Positions 26,394-35,654 of a stretch of 64,000 nucleotides of DNA are shown one piece after another (within the stretch, counting starts at the first letter, position 1; every line of letters starts with the position of its first letter). The notes beneath the pieces were generated by a model. It saw only the letters and a list, made by a program, of their open reading frames with translations. It searched no databases and was not told the DNA's origin. The translations under genes were made by a program, and so were the position numbers. This stretch comes from Bacillota bacterium. Its GTDB lineage: Bacteria > Bacillota > Sulfobacillia > JAUYEG01. The stretch spans positions 70,284-134,283 of the forward strand of contig JAXGPL010000006.1 of the NCBI GenBank assembly GCA_040766985.1, written 5' to 3'.

Positions 26394-28922
26394 TTGCTTG
26401 GAGGGGTCCTTCTGAACCGCGAAGCCGACTACACTCAACTCCGCCTGACGACTTCCCCATCTGACGTGGCCTGTGAGCACACGGGCGAGCTTACGCCGCT
26501 GTCGGGCATCATCGGCCAGGAGCGCGCGGTTCGGGCGCTGCGCTTTGGCCTGGGGATCAGAGCCAGGGGGTTCAACATTTACCTCGCCGGTGCGCCGGGG
26601 ACCGGCAGGACGACCGCCGCCACCGACTACCTGAGGACCGCGGCTCGCGCCGAGCCGACTCCGCCGGACTGGGTCTACGTGCACAACTTCAAGGATCCGT
26701 ACCAGCCCAAGGCCCTGCGGCTGTCGCCCGGCAAGGGGCGCCAGTTCGCCGAGGATGTCGGCAAGCTCATCGAGCGGGTCCAAGCGGAGCTGCCCAAGGC
26801 GTTCGAGTCCGCTCCCTACACAGAGCAGCGCGGCGAGATCGCCGAGAAGCTCTCCGACCGCCGCCGTGAGCTGTTGTCTCGCCTGACGCAGCAGGCAAAG
26901 GAACGGGGCATGGCCATTCAGGCGACGCCCGCAGGTTTCGTCATTGTCCCGGTCCGGGACGACAAGCCGCTCACCGACGACGAAATCGAGGGCATGGACG
27001 AGCAGAGCCGGGATGACATGACCCGCCGCCGGGACGAGGTCGAGGCCGAACTGAAGTCCTTTCTCAGCGACATGCGCACCGCCGAGAAATCCGCCGCCGA
27101 AGAGATCAGCAAGCTCGATCGGGAGGTCGCGGTATACGCCATCGGCCACCTGGTCGACGAGACGGTGGCGGAGTACTCGGACATTGAGGGCGCCGGCGAC
27201 TACCTCCGGGCTCTGGAGGAGGATGTCATCGACAAGCAGGCCCTGTTTCGGGGGACCGGCCATTCCGGCGGCGATGAGGAGAGCCGTCACCGGCAGGAAG
27301 CCATGCGCGACGTGTTCGGCCGGGATATGCGGTTTCGCAGGTATGAGGTAAATGTCATTGTCGATAACAGCACGCTGTTGGGAGCGCCGGTGGTGATCGA
27401 GCTCAACCCGACCTTCACCAACCTGTTCGGCAAGATGGAGAAGGAAGCGCAGTTCGGTGCCTTGACCACGGACTTCACGATGATCCGCCCCGGCGCTTTG
27501 CACCGGGCCAACGGCGGCTACCTGGTGGTGCCGGCCCGCGAGGTCCTGACCAACCTTTTCACCTACGAAACCCTCAAGCTCGCCGCCCGCTCCAGGGAGA
27601 TCGCAATTGAGGAGGTCGCGGAGCGCCTCGGGCTGACGACTACGAAGAGCCTGCGCCCCGAGCCTATCCCGCTGGACGTCAAGTTGGTGATGATCGGAGA
27701 TTCGTACCTGCACTTTCTGCTCCACGCCTATGACCCGGACTTCGGCGAGCTGTTCAAGGTCAAAGCCGAGTTCGGCACGACGATGGACCGCACGGCCGAG
27801 AAAACCGCGCAGTATGCCGCCTTTGTCTGTACGCTGTGCGAGAAGGAAGGCCTTCGACACCTCAGGGCGGCCGCGGTCGCGGAACTAATCGACCACAGCG
27901 CCCGGTTGGCCGGCGACAGGCACAAGCTGACGACGGAGTTCTCCGAGATCGCCGACCTGATCCGCGAGGCCGACTACTGGGCGGGCATCGAAGGCGCGGA
28001 CCTGATCGACAGGGGACACGTCGAGAGGGCCATCGACGAGAAGCACTTCCGCTCAAACCTCATCGAGGAGCGCCTCCGCGAACTCGTCGCTCAGGGAGTC
28101 ATCCTTATCCAGACCCGCGGCGAACAGGCGGGCCAGGTCAACGGGCTCTCGGTTTTCAGCCTGGGCGACCTGACGTTCGGGAGTCCTGCCCGGATCACGG
28201 CGACGGTCGGCATCGGGCGGGCAGGCGTGGTCGACATCGAGCGTGAGGCGAGGCTTGGCGGCCCTATCCACACCAAGGGCGTTCTCATCCTCGGCGGCCT
28301 GCTCGCTGAGCGGTACGCCCGCGATATCCCGTTGAGCCTCTCGGCGCGCCTGGTCTTTGAGCAGAACTACGGGATGGTGGAGGGCGACTCTGCATCTTTG
28401 GCGGAAACCTGCGCGCTCCTTTCCGCCCTGAGCGGCGTACCGATCCGGCAGTCGATCGCGGTAACGGGGTCGATCAACCAGAAGGGCCAGGTCCAACCCA
28501 TCGGCGGGGTCAATGAGAAGATCGAGGGCTTCTATGCGACGTGCAAGCTCAACAGCGGCGAGAACGGTCCAGACGGTACGCAGGGCGTTGTCATCCCCGA
28601 GAGCAACGTTCGCCACCTGATGCTCCGTCGCGACGTTGTGGAGGCAGCCCGGGAAGGCCGTTTTCACATCTGGCCGGTTTCCACGCTGGACGAAGCGCTG
28701 GAGATCCTGACCGGGACTCCAGCGGGGCGGCAGGGGACCGACGGATCATACCCCGAGGGCAGCATCAACGCCCGGGTGATGGCAAGACTTGCCCAGCTGG
28801 CCGAAAGGATGATCCGCTTCGGTGCGGGCTCCGGTGCGGCGACGGTCGTACGCACGGAGGCTCCGCCGGGCGAGCCCGAACCGCAGCCGCCACAGCCGCC
28901 GCCGGTGACCAGAGAAGCGTAA
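26394..28922 (+). CDS. LonC-type Lon-like protease (AAA-like domain with degenerate Walker motifs, long helical insert, S16 protease domain)
   Basis: 842 aa, intact. IIGQERAVRALRFGL; P-loop GAPGTGRTT (Arg codon AGG at 26607-26609 where Lys is canonical); ANGGYLVVPAREV where hhhhDE is expected; protease motifs VEGDSASLAE and TGSINQKGQVQPIGGVNEKIEGF. Confidence 0.85.
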   Translation: MLGGVLLNREADYTQLRLTTSPSDVACEHTGELTPLSGIIGQERAVRALRFGLGIRARGFNIYLAGAPGTGRTTAATDYLRTAARAEPTPPDWVYVHNFKDPYQPKALRLSPGKGRQFAEDVGKLIERVQAELPKAFESAPYTEQRGEIAEKLSDRRRELLSRLTQQAKERGMAIQATPAGFVIVPVRDDKPLTDDEIEGMDEQSRDDMTRRRDEVEAELKSFLSDMRTAEKSAAEEISKLDREVAVYAIGHLVDETVAEYSDIEGAGDYLRALEEDVIDKQALFRGTGHSGGDEESRHRQEAMRDVFGRDMRFRRYEVNVIVDNSTLLGAPVVIELNPTFTNLFGKMEKEAQFGALTTDFTMIRPGALHRANGGYLVVPAREVLTNLFTYETLKLAARSREIAIEEVAERLGLTTTKSLRPEPIPLDVKLVMIGDSYLHFLLHAYDPDFGELFKVKAEFGTTMDRTAEKTAQYAAFVCTLCEKEGLRHLRAAAVAELIDHSARLAGDRHKLTTEFSEIADLIREADYWAGIEGADLIDRGHVERAIDEKHFRSNLIEERLRELVAQGVILIQTRGEQAGQVNGLSVFSLGDLTFGSPARITATVGIGRAGVVDIEREARLGGPIHTKGVLILGGLLAERYARDIPLSLSARLVFEQNYGMVEGDSASLAETCALLSALSGVPIRQSIAVTGSINQKGQVQPIGGVNEKIEGFYATCKLNSGENGPDGTQGVVIPESNVRHLMLRRDVVEAAREGRFHIWPVSTLDEALEILTGTPAGRQGTDGSYPEGSINARVMARLAQLAERMIRFGAGSGAATVVRTEAPPGEPEPQPPQPPPVTREA

Positions 28923-28953
28923 CCTTCGCGCTCCATGTAGGCGCTTAAGAGCA

Positions 28954-29012
28954 ACGCCCGCGCCGATGCCCGCGCCGATTTCCGTACTCGGCGCGGGCGT
29001 TCCTTTGGTTTG
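28954..29012 (+). terminator. Intrinsic terminator after the Lon-like gene
   Basis: AACGCCCGCGCCGA (28954-28967) pairs perfectly (14 bp) with TCGGCGCGGGCGTT (28989-29002), followed by CCTTTGGTTT. Confidence 0.6.
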
Positions 29013-29184
29013 GGCTCCATCCCAACCTCGGTTACCTCCAGGGGGCTCCCCGCTACTATGCGAGTGCTGGCCCACGATTGGGCAAGACGCTCCAAGGCCT
29101 GGTCCGGGTTCCCCGAAGCTCACTGCCAACGGTCGGCCAGCACTGCTGTTCAGTCTATTCGGCGAATGGGGAGGGGGTGAGTTG

Positions 29185-29448
29185 ATGGAGAAAGCGGAGG
29201 TCCAGACCATTCTGGAGCTTGCCAAGCAGATGTTTATGGAGGATGCCCCGAAGGCGGCTGCTGCCGCGCCCGAGGCTAATACCGCGAAGTGCCCCGGCAA
29301 CACCGTTCACCGGTGCCCCCCTGACAACGGCTGTGCCGTGCCTTTGCTGGCCCTGTACTTTGTGTTCTCGGATTGCGTCGTGATCAATAATGGCGCCTGC
29401 CCGCAGTGGGATTTCTGCGGCAACGCGGTTGCCTGCGCCCGGAAGTAG
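29185..29448 (+). CDS. Small cysteine-rich protein P1 (87 aa, 7 Cys), unknown family
   Basis: ATG at 29185, 7 nt after GGGGAGGGGG. MEKAEVQTILELAKQMF...KCPGNTVHRCPPDNGCAVPLLALYFVFSDCVVINNGACPQWDFCGNAVACARK. Paralogous core shared with the next ORF. Confidence 0.55.
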   Translation: MEKAEVQTILELAKQMFMEDAPKAAAAAPEANTAKCPGNTVHRCPPDNGCAVPLLALYFVFSDCVVINNGACPQWDFCGNAVACARK

Positions 29449-29550
29449 TGGACTGCCCGGACTGGAGCCCGGTCGGGTGCGCTGCCGTCGCACTCCGACC
29501 GCCCGGAGCCCATGTAGTGAGGAGGGATTAAGCTGAGATCCAAAGATATC

Positions 29551-29826
29551 GTGATCGGTGGTTCTGACCAGGCCAATGCCGAACGGCCCTCATTTGAATA
29601 CGGGGAACGCGAACTCGCGCACGATTGCAGGTGCAAAGACAACTGTGCCGTGCCGCAGAAGGTCATCTACATCATCTTCACCGACAAGACCTGCATCGAC
29701 AAGCTTTGCGTGTCGAAGACATGTGGGCTGACCAAAGCCGAAGCGAGGATGCTCTGGAAGCTCTGGTGGCGGTGGAAACAAGGCTGCCGGCAGGGCGACG
29801 GTCGCTTCGACTGGCGCCGCGGCTAA
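29551..29826 (+). CDS. Small cysteine-rich protein P2 (7 Cys), paralog of P1; start uncertain
   Basis: ...HDCRCKDNCAVPQKVIYIIFTDKTCIDKLCVSKTCGL..., then a Trp/Arg-rich tail (MLWKLWWRWKQGCRQGDGRFDWRRG). AGGAGG at 29520-29525 would fit an in-frame CTG at 29533 better than the GTG at 29551. Confidence 0.5.
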   Translation: MIGGSDQANAERPSFEYGERELAHDCRCKDNCAVPQKVIYIIFTDKTCIDKLCVSKTCGLTKAEARMLWKLWWRWKQGCRQGDGRFDWRRG

Positions 29827-29925
29827 GAGCCACGACCCGGTGTGGCGGCAGAACGGAGGGCCGCTGACGGCGGCCTCGGGCTGCCGCTCCGGTGTTGGGG
29901 ACATGCCCTCGCCGACCCCGTCCCA

Positions 29926-31809
29926 CTACCGCGGCACGACCAACTCGCATAGGGCTCCCGCTACTTCACCCCGCGTCATCGTCAGGCACCTCGCTTCCAA
30001 CTCACCGGCGGTGCTCCTGCGCAACCCAAATTGGCGCCGCGCGGCCTCGATCCACGCTGCCGCCTCGGCCGGCGATACCGGGTCGTCAGGAGCGAAGTCC
30101 AGTCCGCAGGCGCGCAGGATTCCGCACACGGCGAGGTACTGAACGGGGAAGAACGCCGGGTGGCCGATCGGCACATCGCAGAACCAGTAAAGCGGCACTC
30201 CGGACGACAGGAGAAGCCGCTGCAGGCGTCTGAGTAATCCCAGGTCAAGTGCTACGTCCACCGTCCCGCAGCCGATCTTGCCGGCCATGGCGCATAGAGC
30301 CCCGGCGGCCTCGCCGATGTTCCACTCCACGGGCTGGAACCGGTACGCTCCGTTGGCAATGTGCGTGGTGGAGATGGTCTTGCCGCCGGCCACGAAGTTG
30401 GCGATGTCGGCGGCCACCATTGCGGACAGCGGAATCTGGTATCTCAGGACGCGCTGCCCGGAACCCCGCCGCGACGTGGTGTGAGCGCACCGGTGAATGT
30501 CGATGTACGGATACCAGCCGATGCCCACCGTATCGGGGTGCATCCTTGCCCGGACGCCGCAGTTGTACCCGGCCGCCACGTCCTGCTCGCGGATCGTGTC
30601 CAGGCCGTAAAGCCGCCTCGCTTCGCGGATGTGGGGTTCCTCAGCCAGCCCGTCGGGGCTGCCCATGACATCGGCGCGGAGCTTAAGTTCGGGATAGCCT
30701 TTGCCCTTGCCGTCGTCGCGCGGCGCCTCCGTCTGCAGCCAATAGAGAAAGCTGAGTGCCAGCTGTTTGGCACGCTGCTTGTGTCGCAGGATGCCTTCGG
30801 TGGGTTGGCCGATCAAGGTTTCATCGTGGTAGTCGGTGCTCGCGGAGCTGACCAGGGAGAGGTCGCCGGCGAATTCCGGGCTCGCGAAGTGCCCCGCGTA
30901 AATGATCCGCCGCCAGTTCAGGAACGATCGGCTGCCCCGCCCGTGCGCGAACATGGTCCGCCCGCCCAGGGTGAACGGGTGCGTACGCCGGAGTTCATCA
31001 TAGAGCTCAGGCTTGGGGATGACGTGTTGTTCGCCGGGGCGGAACTCCACCGCGAAGGTGTATGTGAACGACTGGGTGGCTCGGGGGTCCGGTACGGCCG
31101 GCGCGCTGGGCTCACCGGTTTCGGCAAAGCAGTCGGTACCCACCCGGTAGGCTATTCCCGCCAGCGGCATCAGCTCGCCCGTCTCCGTGGCGTCGATCAC
31201 GTATCGGGGCCGGATGCGAGTGGACTTGCCGGTCGCCGCCGTCTCCACGACGACCTCGGAAACCCGTTCGCCGTCGCGCTTGGCGGCGCAAAGGGTGGTA
31301 CCGAGCAGTACCCTGAGCCTCCCTGATCGTCGCGCCGGTTCGACCATCCGCTCAAGCGCCGCCACTCCCGCCTTCGGTTCAAATGCCAGGGGGGTCTGCC
31401 GCCGCGGGGAGCCGGGGTTGGGCAAGCGGTCGTCCAGCCGCAGTATGAGCTTGAGGTGAGGGCGGTAGTATTCCTTGATCTGCCGCCGCAACTCGTAGTA
31501 CAGCGCTGTGCCGCCGAACTGATCAATGAAGGCGTGCTCCTCGAGTACCGAGACCCCTTGGGAGGTCATCGCGCCGCCGAGCACGGACGCCGGCTCGACG
31601 AGGGTGACGTCGCATCCCATTGCCGTGGCCTTTAGCGCTGCGGCTACCCCTCCAAGTCCGCCCCCGGCGACGAGCAACGTGCAATCAGCCTGGGCTGACG
31701 GGGTGGTCACCATGGACCGGCCGCCGCGCCCGCCGTATTGGGTTTTACGCACCTCAACCGTTTCCTGGCTCTTGCCTGCGGCCCCGTGCTCGGCGTAGAC
31801 GCATAGCAC
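29926..31809 (-). CDS. FAD-dependent oxidoreductase (true start possibly ATG at 31713)
   Basis: TLLVAGGGLGGVAAALKATAMGCDVTLVE...GGAMTSQG dinucleotide-binding motif. 627-aa ORF with coding-like sequence throughout. Confidence 0.8.
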   Translation of the reverse strand: MLCVYAEHGAAGKSQETVEVRKTQYGGRGGRSMVTTPSAQADCTLLVAGGGLGGVAAALKATAMGCDVTLVEPASVLGGAMTSQGVSVLEEHAFIDQFGGTALYYELRRQIKEYYRPHLKLILRLDDRLPNPGSPRRQTPLAFEPKAGVAALERMVEPARRSGRLRVLLGTTLCAAKRDGERVSEVVVETAATGKSTRIRPRYVIDATETGELMPLAGIAYRVGTDCFAETGEPSAPAVPDPRATQSFTYTFAVEFRPGEQHVIPKPELYDELRRTHPFTLGGRTMFAHGRGSRSFLNWRRIIYAGHFASPEFAGDLSLVSSASTDYHDETLIGQPTEGILRHKQRAKQLALSFLYWLQTEAPRDDGKGKGYPELKLRADVMGSPDGLAEEPHIREARRLYGLDTIREQDVAAGYNCGVRARMHPDTVGIGWYPYIDIHRCAHTTSRRGSGQRVLRYQIPLSAMVAADIANFVAGGKTISTTHIANGAYRFQPVEWNIGEAAGALCAMAGKIGCGTVDVALDLGLLRRLQRLLLSSGVPLYWFCDVPIGHPAFFPVQYLAVCGILRACGLDFAPDDPVSPAEAAAWIEAARRQFGLRRSTAGELEARCLTMTRGEVAGALCELVVPR

Positions 31810-31940
31810 CTCCTAAGCGTGTCTTGCGAAGGCATGATACTCGCCCGCCCGAGGGGCCGAAACGCAGACGGCCTGGTGAGGCGGTGCACCAGGGCCGGTA
31901 CGCGGCGCGGAGCTAGGTGGGCCGGCTGAGGGCCACCGTC

Positions 31941-32517
31941 TTATCCCTTAAACTTGGCGAATGCACTCGCGGCCTCCCGCATCTGCGCGGGGACGTCGAC
32001 CCCGAAGGGGCACCGCTCCATGCACTCGCCGCAGCCCGTGCATAGGCCGGGCTTGTCGGCCAGGGCTCGGGCGACATCAGGAGCGTAACTGAGGCCCCAG
32101 CCGAGCCCGCGAAAGGCGCTCATCACATCGCCGATCGGGATTTCCATGGGGCAGGGAGGCAGTGGTTGCAGAAGGTGATGTTGAGGATATCTGCGTGGTC
32201 GGTCCCAAGGCGCCGGAGCCAGCTTCGACGTAGGCCTCGCATTCGGCGGGTTCCCTTGACGAACTCCACTGTCCCTCGCTGACAATGCCGCCGAGGTGAC
32301 ACGTCAATACAGCCTGGTCCCGCCGTCCCTTGAACGCAGCACCCATGTTGTCCCGGTAGTCCGGCATGGGCATCAACACGTCAAAGTAGTTGGCTCCGCG
32401 GTCCAGGGCCTCGCTGATCGTGTCGATCACTGTCTGACGGCCTTGACGCAGATACTCCGTTCCAAGGCCGATCAGGCCGACCTTCCAGCCGGTCCGGCCC
32501 AGGGTCCTTCTGGGCAT
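31941..32517 (-). pseudogene. Aldo/keto reductase with a C-terminal Fe-S motif: frameshifted and apparently internally deleted remnant
   Basis: MPRRTLGRTGWKVGLIGLGTEYL...ALDRGANYFDV in one frame, LRRLGTDHADILNITFCNH in a second, and ...CTGCGECMERCPFGVDVPAQMREA in a third. Total length is about 190 codons, well short of typical AKR length. Confidence 0.65.
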
Positions 32518-32610
32518 CTCCGCCACTATCGATTCGCCTCCTTCAGTCCCCGCAATGCGGGGCGACATCCTGAATCCGGGAAACCTGAATTTGCAAGAAC
32601 CGTGCCGTGG

Positions 32611-32651
32611 CCTCCGCCGGCAGTAGCCTCCGCCGGCAGTAGCCTCCGCCG
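32611..32651. repeat. 16-bp tandem repeat, about 2.5 copies
   Basis: CCTCCGCCGGCAGTAG x2 followed by CCTCCGCCG, upstream of the AKR remnant. Confidence 0.8.
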
Positions 32652-32732
32652 TGTCGAGGGGGAAGGAACGCCGCCGATATCGTCCAATCAATAACAGGTC
32701 ATCGGAAAATAGTTGTCTTAGGAGTTGGAAAA

Positions 32733-33533
32733 ATGCCGGTCATCGAAGCGGTTGATCTCCGCAAAAGCTACGGTTCGCTCAAGGCGGTCGACGGCGTAAG
32801 CATCGCAGTCAGAGCCGGGCGAGCTATTCTGTTTTCTGGGCCCCAACGGCGCGAGACCACGACAATCAAGATGCTGATCGGCCTGATCAAGCCGATGGGC
32901 GGCCGGGTCCGCATCGATGGCCTGGATGTTCGGGTCGAACCGGTCAAGGCCAAGAGCAGGATCGGGTACGTCCCGATGCGGCGAACCCTCTACGATCGGC
33001 TCACTGCCAGGGAGTTTCTCGGCTTTGTCGCTGACATCTTCCGCCTGGGCAGGCAGGAACGTGCCGTGCGGATCGATTCCCTTCTCGAGCGGTTCGAGCT
33101 TACCGGCGACGCCGACCAGATGCTCGGTGGCTTCTCGCGTGGCATGCGCCAGAAGGTCACGATTGCTGCGGCGCTGCTTCACGATCCCAAGGCAATCTTC
33201 CTCGACGAGCCGACCGTGGGGCTCGACCCCAAGAGCGCCCGCACCCTCAAGGATCTGCTCCGGGGGTCGTGCGATCGCGGAGCCGCGGTATTCATGTCGA
33301 CCCATATCCTCGAAGTGGCCGAGACCATGGCCGACCGCGTTGGGATCATCCAAAAGGGCCAGATGCGTTTCCAGGGTACTGTGGCCGAACTTCGCGAGTA
33401 CGAGCACGGACCGGAGTCCGCGTCGCTTGAGGAGTTGTTCCTCCTGCTTACAGAAACCGGCAACGCCGTCGCCGGCCAGCCGGCCGCGGGGAGCGGCGGC
33501 CGCGGGCGGCCCGGCAGCCGGGAACGGAGCTGA
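32733..33533 (+). CDS. ABC transporter ATP-binding protein with a scrambled Walker A segment
   Basis: The ORF is intact, with signature FSRGMRQKV and Walker B IFLDEPTVGLD. The P-loop region reads VRAGRAILFSGPQRRETTTIKML, while the +1 frame over 32815-32858 reads ELFCFLGPNGA. Confidence 0.8.
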   Translation: MPVIEAVDLRKSYGSLKAVDGVSIAVRAGRAILFSGPQRRETTTIKMLIGLIKPMGGRVRIDGLDVRVEPVKAKSRIGYVPMRRTLYDRLTAREFLGFVADIFRLGRQERAVRIDSLLERFELTGDADQMLGGFSRGMRQKVTIAAALLHDPKAIFLDEPTVGLDPKSARTLKDLLRGSCDRGAAVFMSTHILEVAETMADRVGIIQKGQMRFQGTVAELREYEHGPESASLEELFLLLTETGNAVAGQPAAGSGGRGRPGSRERS

Positions 33534-33535
33534 CG

Positions 33536-35239
33536 ATGCGCGACTTTTGGCTTGTACTGCGGGCGCACGTGGGCGTCTCGTGGCGGAGGCTCGGAAGGGG
33601 TGGCCGGGCTGCGGGGCTGCTGCTTCTCGGCATCGGGTTGGTGGTCGGCTTCGCGGCGCTGCTGGCCCGGGGCACGGTCGTTATGCTGCGGGGCCTGCAC
33701 GATGTCCTTGCGGGCTACCCGGAGCTCGTCCCCGCCGTCGAAGGCAACCTGCTCTTGATGTGGTCCCTGTTTGTCGTCGCCATCGTGCTCAGTAACGCTT
33801 TGCACACCACCTATGCGACGCTTTATGGGTCCGATGACACCGGATTTCTTCTGGCGACGCCGCTCAGCACCAGGTCGGTGTTCGCGGCGCGCCTGACTGC
33901 CAGCATGGCCGGGTACGTCGCCGTCGCGGTGCCCACCTTCGGGCCGTTCGTCGCCTATGGCATGGCTTACGGCGCCGGCGCCCGGTACTACGTGACCGCG
34001 GCGCTGGCGTATTTCGGGTTTCTGGCTTTGATGGTCGCCGTGGCGGCGCTGTTTATCACGCTGGTCATGGCCTTCGTGCCGGGCGCCCGGCTGAAGCAGT
34101 GGTTGATGACCCTGGGTCTCCTGATCGGCTTGGCCATCGTCTTCGGTACGCAGTATGTGGCGGCGGGCGTGGATCGGCAAGGCGGGGTAGTGGCGCTGTT
34201 GCAGCGGATCGGCGGGTTCAATCTTGGCGGCATCCCCGTGCTTCCGCACGTGTGGCTGGCCCGGGCAACGCAGGCGGCAGTCGCAGGCGGTGGGCTGAAC
34301 TATGTCCTTGCGCTTCTAGGTCTCACGGCCCTCGCCGGTTTTGTGCTCGTGAACTACGCTTCACGCGTGTACACGGTTGGCTGGGCCGGTGGGCAGGAAG
34401 CCCAGCGCCGTCGCGTGCGGGCGCCACGACGGCGCAGCACAACCACTGCGGCCGCCAAGGGAAGATCGCCCCTGGCTTCGCCCTTCTGGGGGCTCGCCCG
34501 CAAGGACTTCCTGGCCAGCGCCAGGACACCGGTGTTGTGGTACCTGTTGCTTGTGGGCGCTGTGGTGGTTGCATTCCAGATCATCAACATGGTGCGGGCA
34601 AGATCGGGGCAGCCGGTGGACGAGGGCGTCAGGTTGTTGTTGTTGGGGTTCGTTCTGGGCGGTGCGAGCTTCTCGGGGTCTGTCCTTGCAGGGTCGGCGT
34701 TCAGCCGCGAAGGCGGCAACTTCGGGCTGGTGCAGTCGTGGCCGGTCCCGGCGACCACGGTGTTCCTCGGCAAGGTTGCCGCCGCGTTGCCTGTGCCGTT
34801 GGCAGCCAGCGTCGCGGGGCTGCTTGCTGTGTCACGGTTCACACCGGTGGCCTTCGCTCCGCTCTGGCGGTACCTGCCGGTTGTGGTCTTAAGCATTCTC
34901 TCAGTGCTGTCGCTGATGGCCTTGCTGGACACGTTCTTTCCCGATTTCTCCTACGAGAAGGGGTTCGAGCCAGGCAGCCGCGGCTCGGGGACGACTGTGA
35001 TCAAGACGCTAGTGTCCGTCTACGGTGGGATCGGCATCATCGTACTGATGATGGCGACCCTCAGCTTCGGCTTCACTTACGGGAGGTTCGGCTGGGCACA
35101 GTCGTTAACCCAGGGTCAAGCCGGTGCTTTGGCCTACGCGCTATTCGTGGCGGAGGCAGCTCTGTTTACGGTCGGCGCGGTGGCGCTGGGGTCGCGTCGG
35201 CTGGCCGCGCTCGCTCAGCGTGATGTGAGGCGGAGATAG
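33536..35239 (+). CDS. Large polytopic membrane protein, probable permease partner of the ABC ATPase
   Basis: Starts 3 nt after the ATPase stop. 567 aa with many hydrophobic segments. Resembles putative ABC-exporter membrane proteins (tentative). Confidence 0.65.
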   Translation: MRDFWLVLRAHVGVSWRRLGRGGRAAGLLLLGIGLVVGFAALLARGTVVMLRGLHDVLAGYPELVPAVEGNLLLMWSLFVVAIVLSNALHTTYATLYGSDDTGFLLATPLSTRSVFAARLTASMAGYVAVAVPTFGPFVAYGMAYGAGARYYVTAALAYFGFLALMVAVAALFITLVMAFVPGARLKQWLMTLGLLIGLAIVFGTQYVAAGVDRQGGVVALLQRIGGFNLGGIPVLPHVWLARATQAAVAGGGLNYVLALLGLTALAGFVLVNYASRVYTVGWAGGQEAQRRRVRAPRRRSTTTAAAKGRSPLASPFWGLARKDFLASARTPVLWYLLLVGAVVVAFQIINMVRARSGQPVDEGVRLLLLGFVLGGASFSGSVLAGSAFSREGGNFGLVQSWPVPATTVFLGKVAAALPVPLAASVAGLLAVSRFTPVAFAPLWRYLPVVVLSILSVLSLMALLDTFFPDFSYEKGFEPGSRGSGTTVIKTLVSVYGGIGIIVLMMATLSFGFTYGRFGWAQSLTQGQAGALAYALFVAEAALFTVGAVALGSRRLAALAQRDVRRR

Positions 35240-35654
35240 ACATGGCAGGTGGTTTCACGGGTCGGTCAAATCAGCCCCGCGGCTAGTTGCCGAGCTCGGC
35301 GGGACGCCAATTCGCCTGCCGTCGATGCGTGCCTGGTCCCACAGCCCGGAATCTCGGCCGTCAGCTCCGCGCGCACTCGGGCCAGCATCGCCTCGAGCGG
35401 GCACGCCGTGCCCTCAGACAGCACGCTGAGGCCACCGAGGAGCCCTGAGATCTCGCTGCAGCCGTAAAGCAGGGCCAGCAAGCCGATGGCTTCATCGGCT
35501 CTGGATTGCAGGGAAGGCCTTGCCACCGGGGCGAGTGCAGCCTCTACGACCGCGGCGCTTGTTCACCCCTTGCCGGCGGAGTCCCTCCGATGGCAGGGGA
35601 GATGCGTAAGCTGACGAATAACGCTTGCGCATCGGGATTGGGGAGGGAGCGAAG

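Noticed and set aside
26148-27860. 570-aa ORF antisense to the Lon-like gene
   Set aside because: It is a typical GC-rich shadow ORF: Arg/Gly/Leu/Pro-rich with no motifs, fully overlapping a well-supported gene. The same applies to 5708..6874(-), 11492..12388(-), 15548..16663(-), 19650..20654(-), 22702..23853(-), 41843..42742(+), 42773..43744(+), 47425..48249(-), 49046..50440(-), 59212..60621(+) and 61083..62429(+).
28966-29184. N-terminal extension of small protein P1 (the track ORF starts at 28966)
   Set aside because: The upstream part overlaps the Lon-gene terminator hairpin and has Pro/Gly-rich composition. A strong RBS precedes the internal ATG at 29185.
35266-35526. 86-aa minus-strand ORF between the ABC permease and the HExxH gene
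   Set aside because: It looks helical but has no purine-rich RBS and no recognisable family. Evidence is too weak to list it as a feature.
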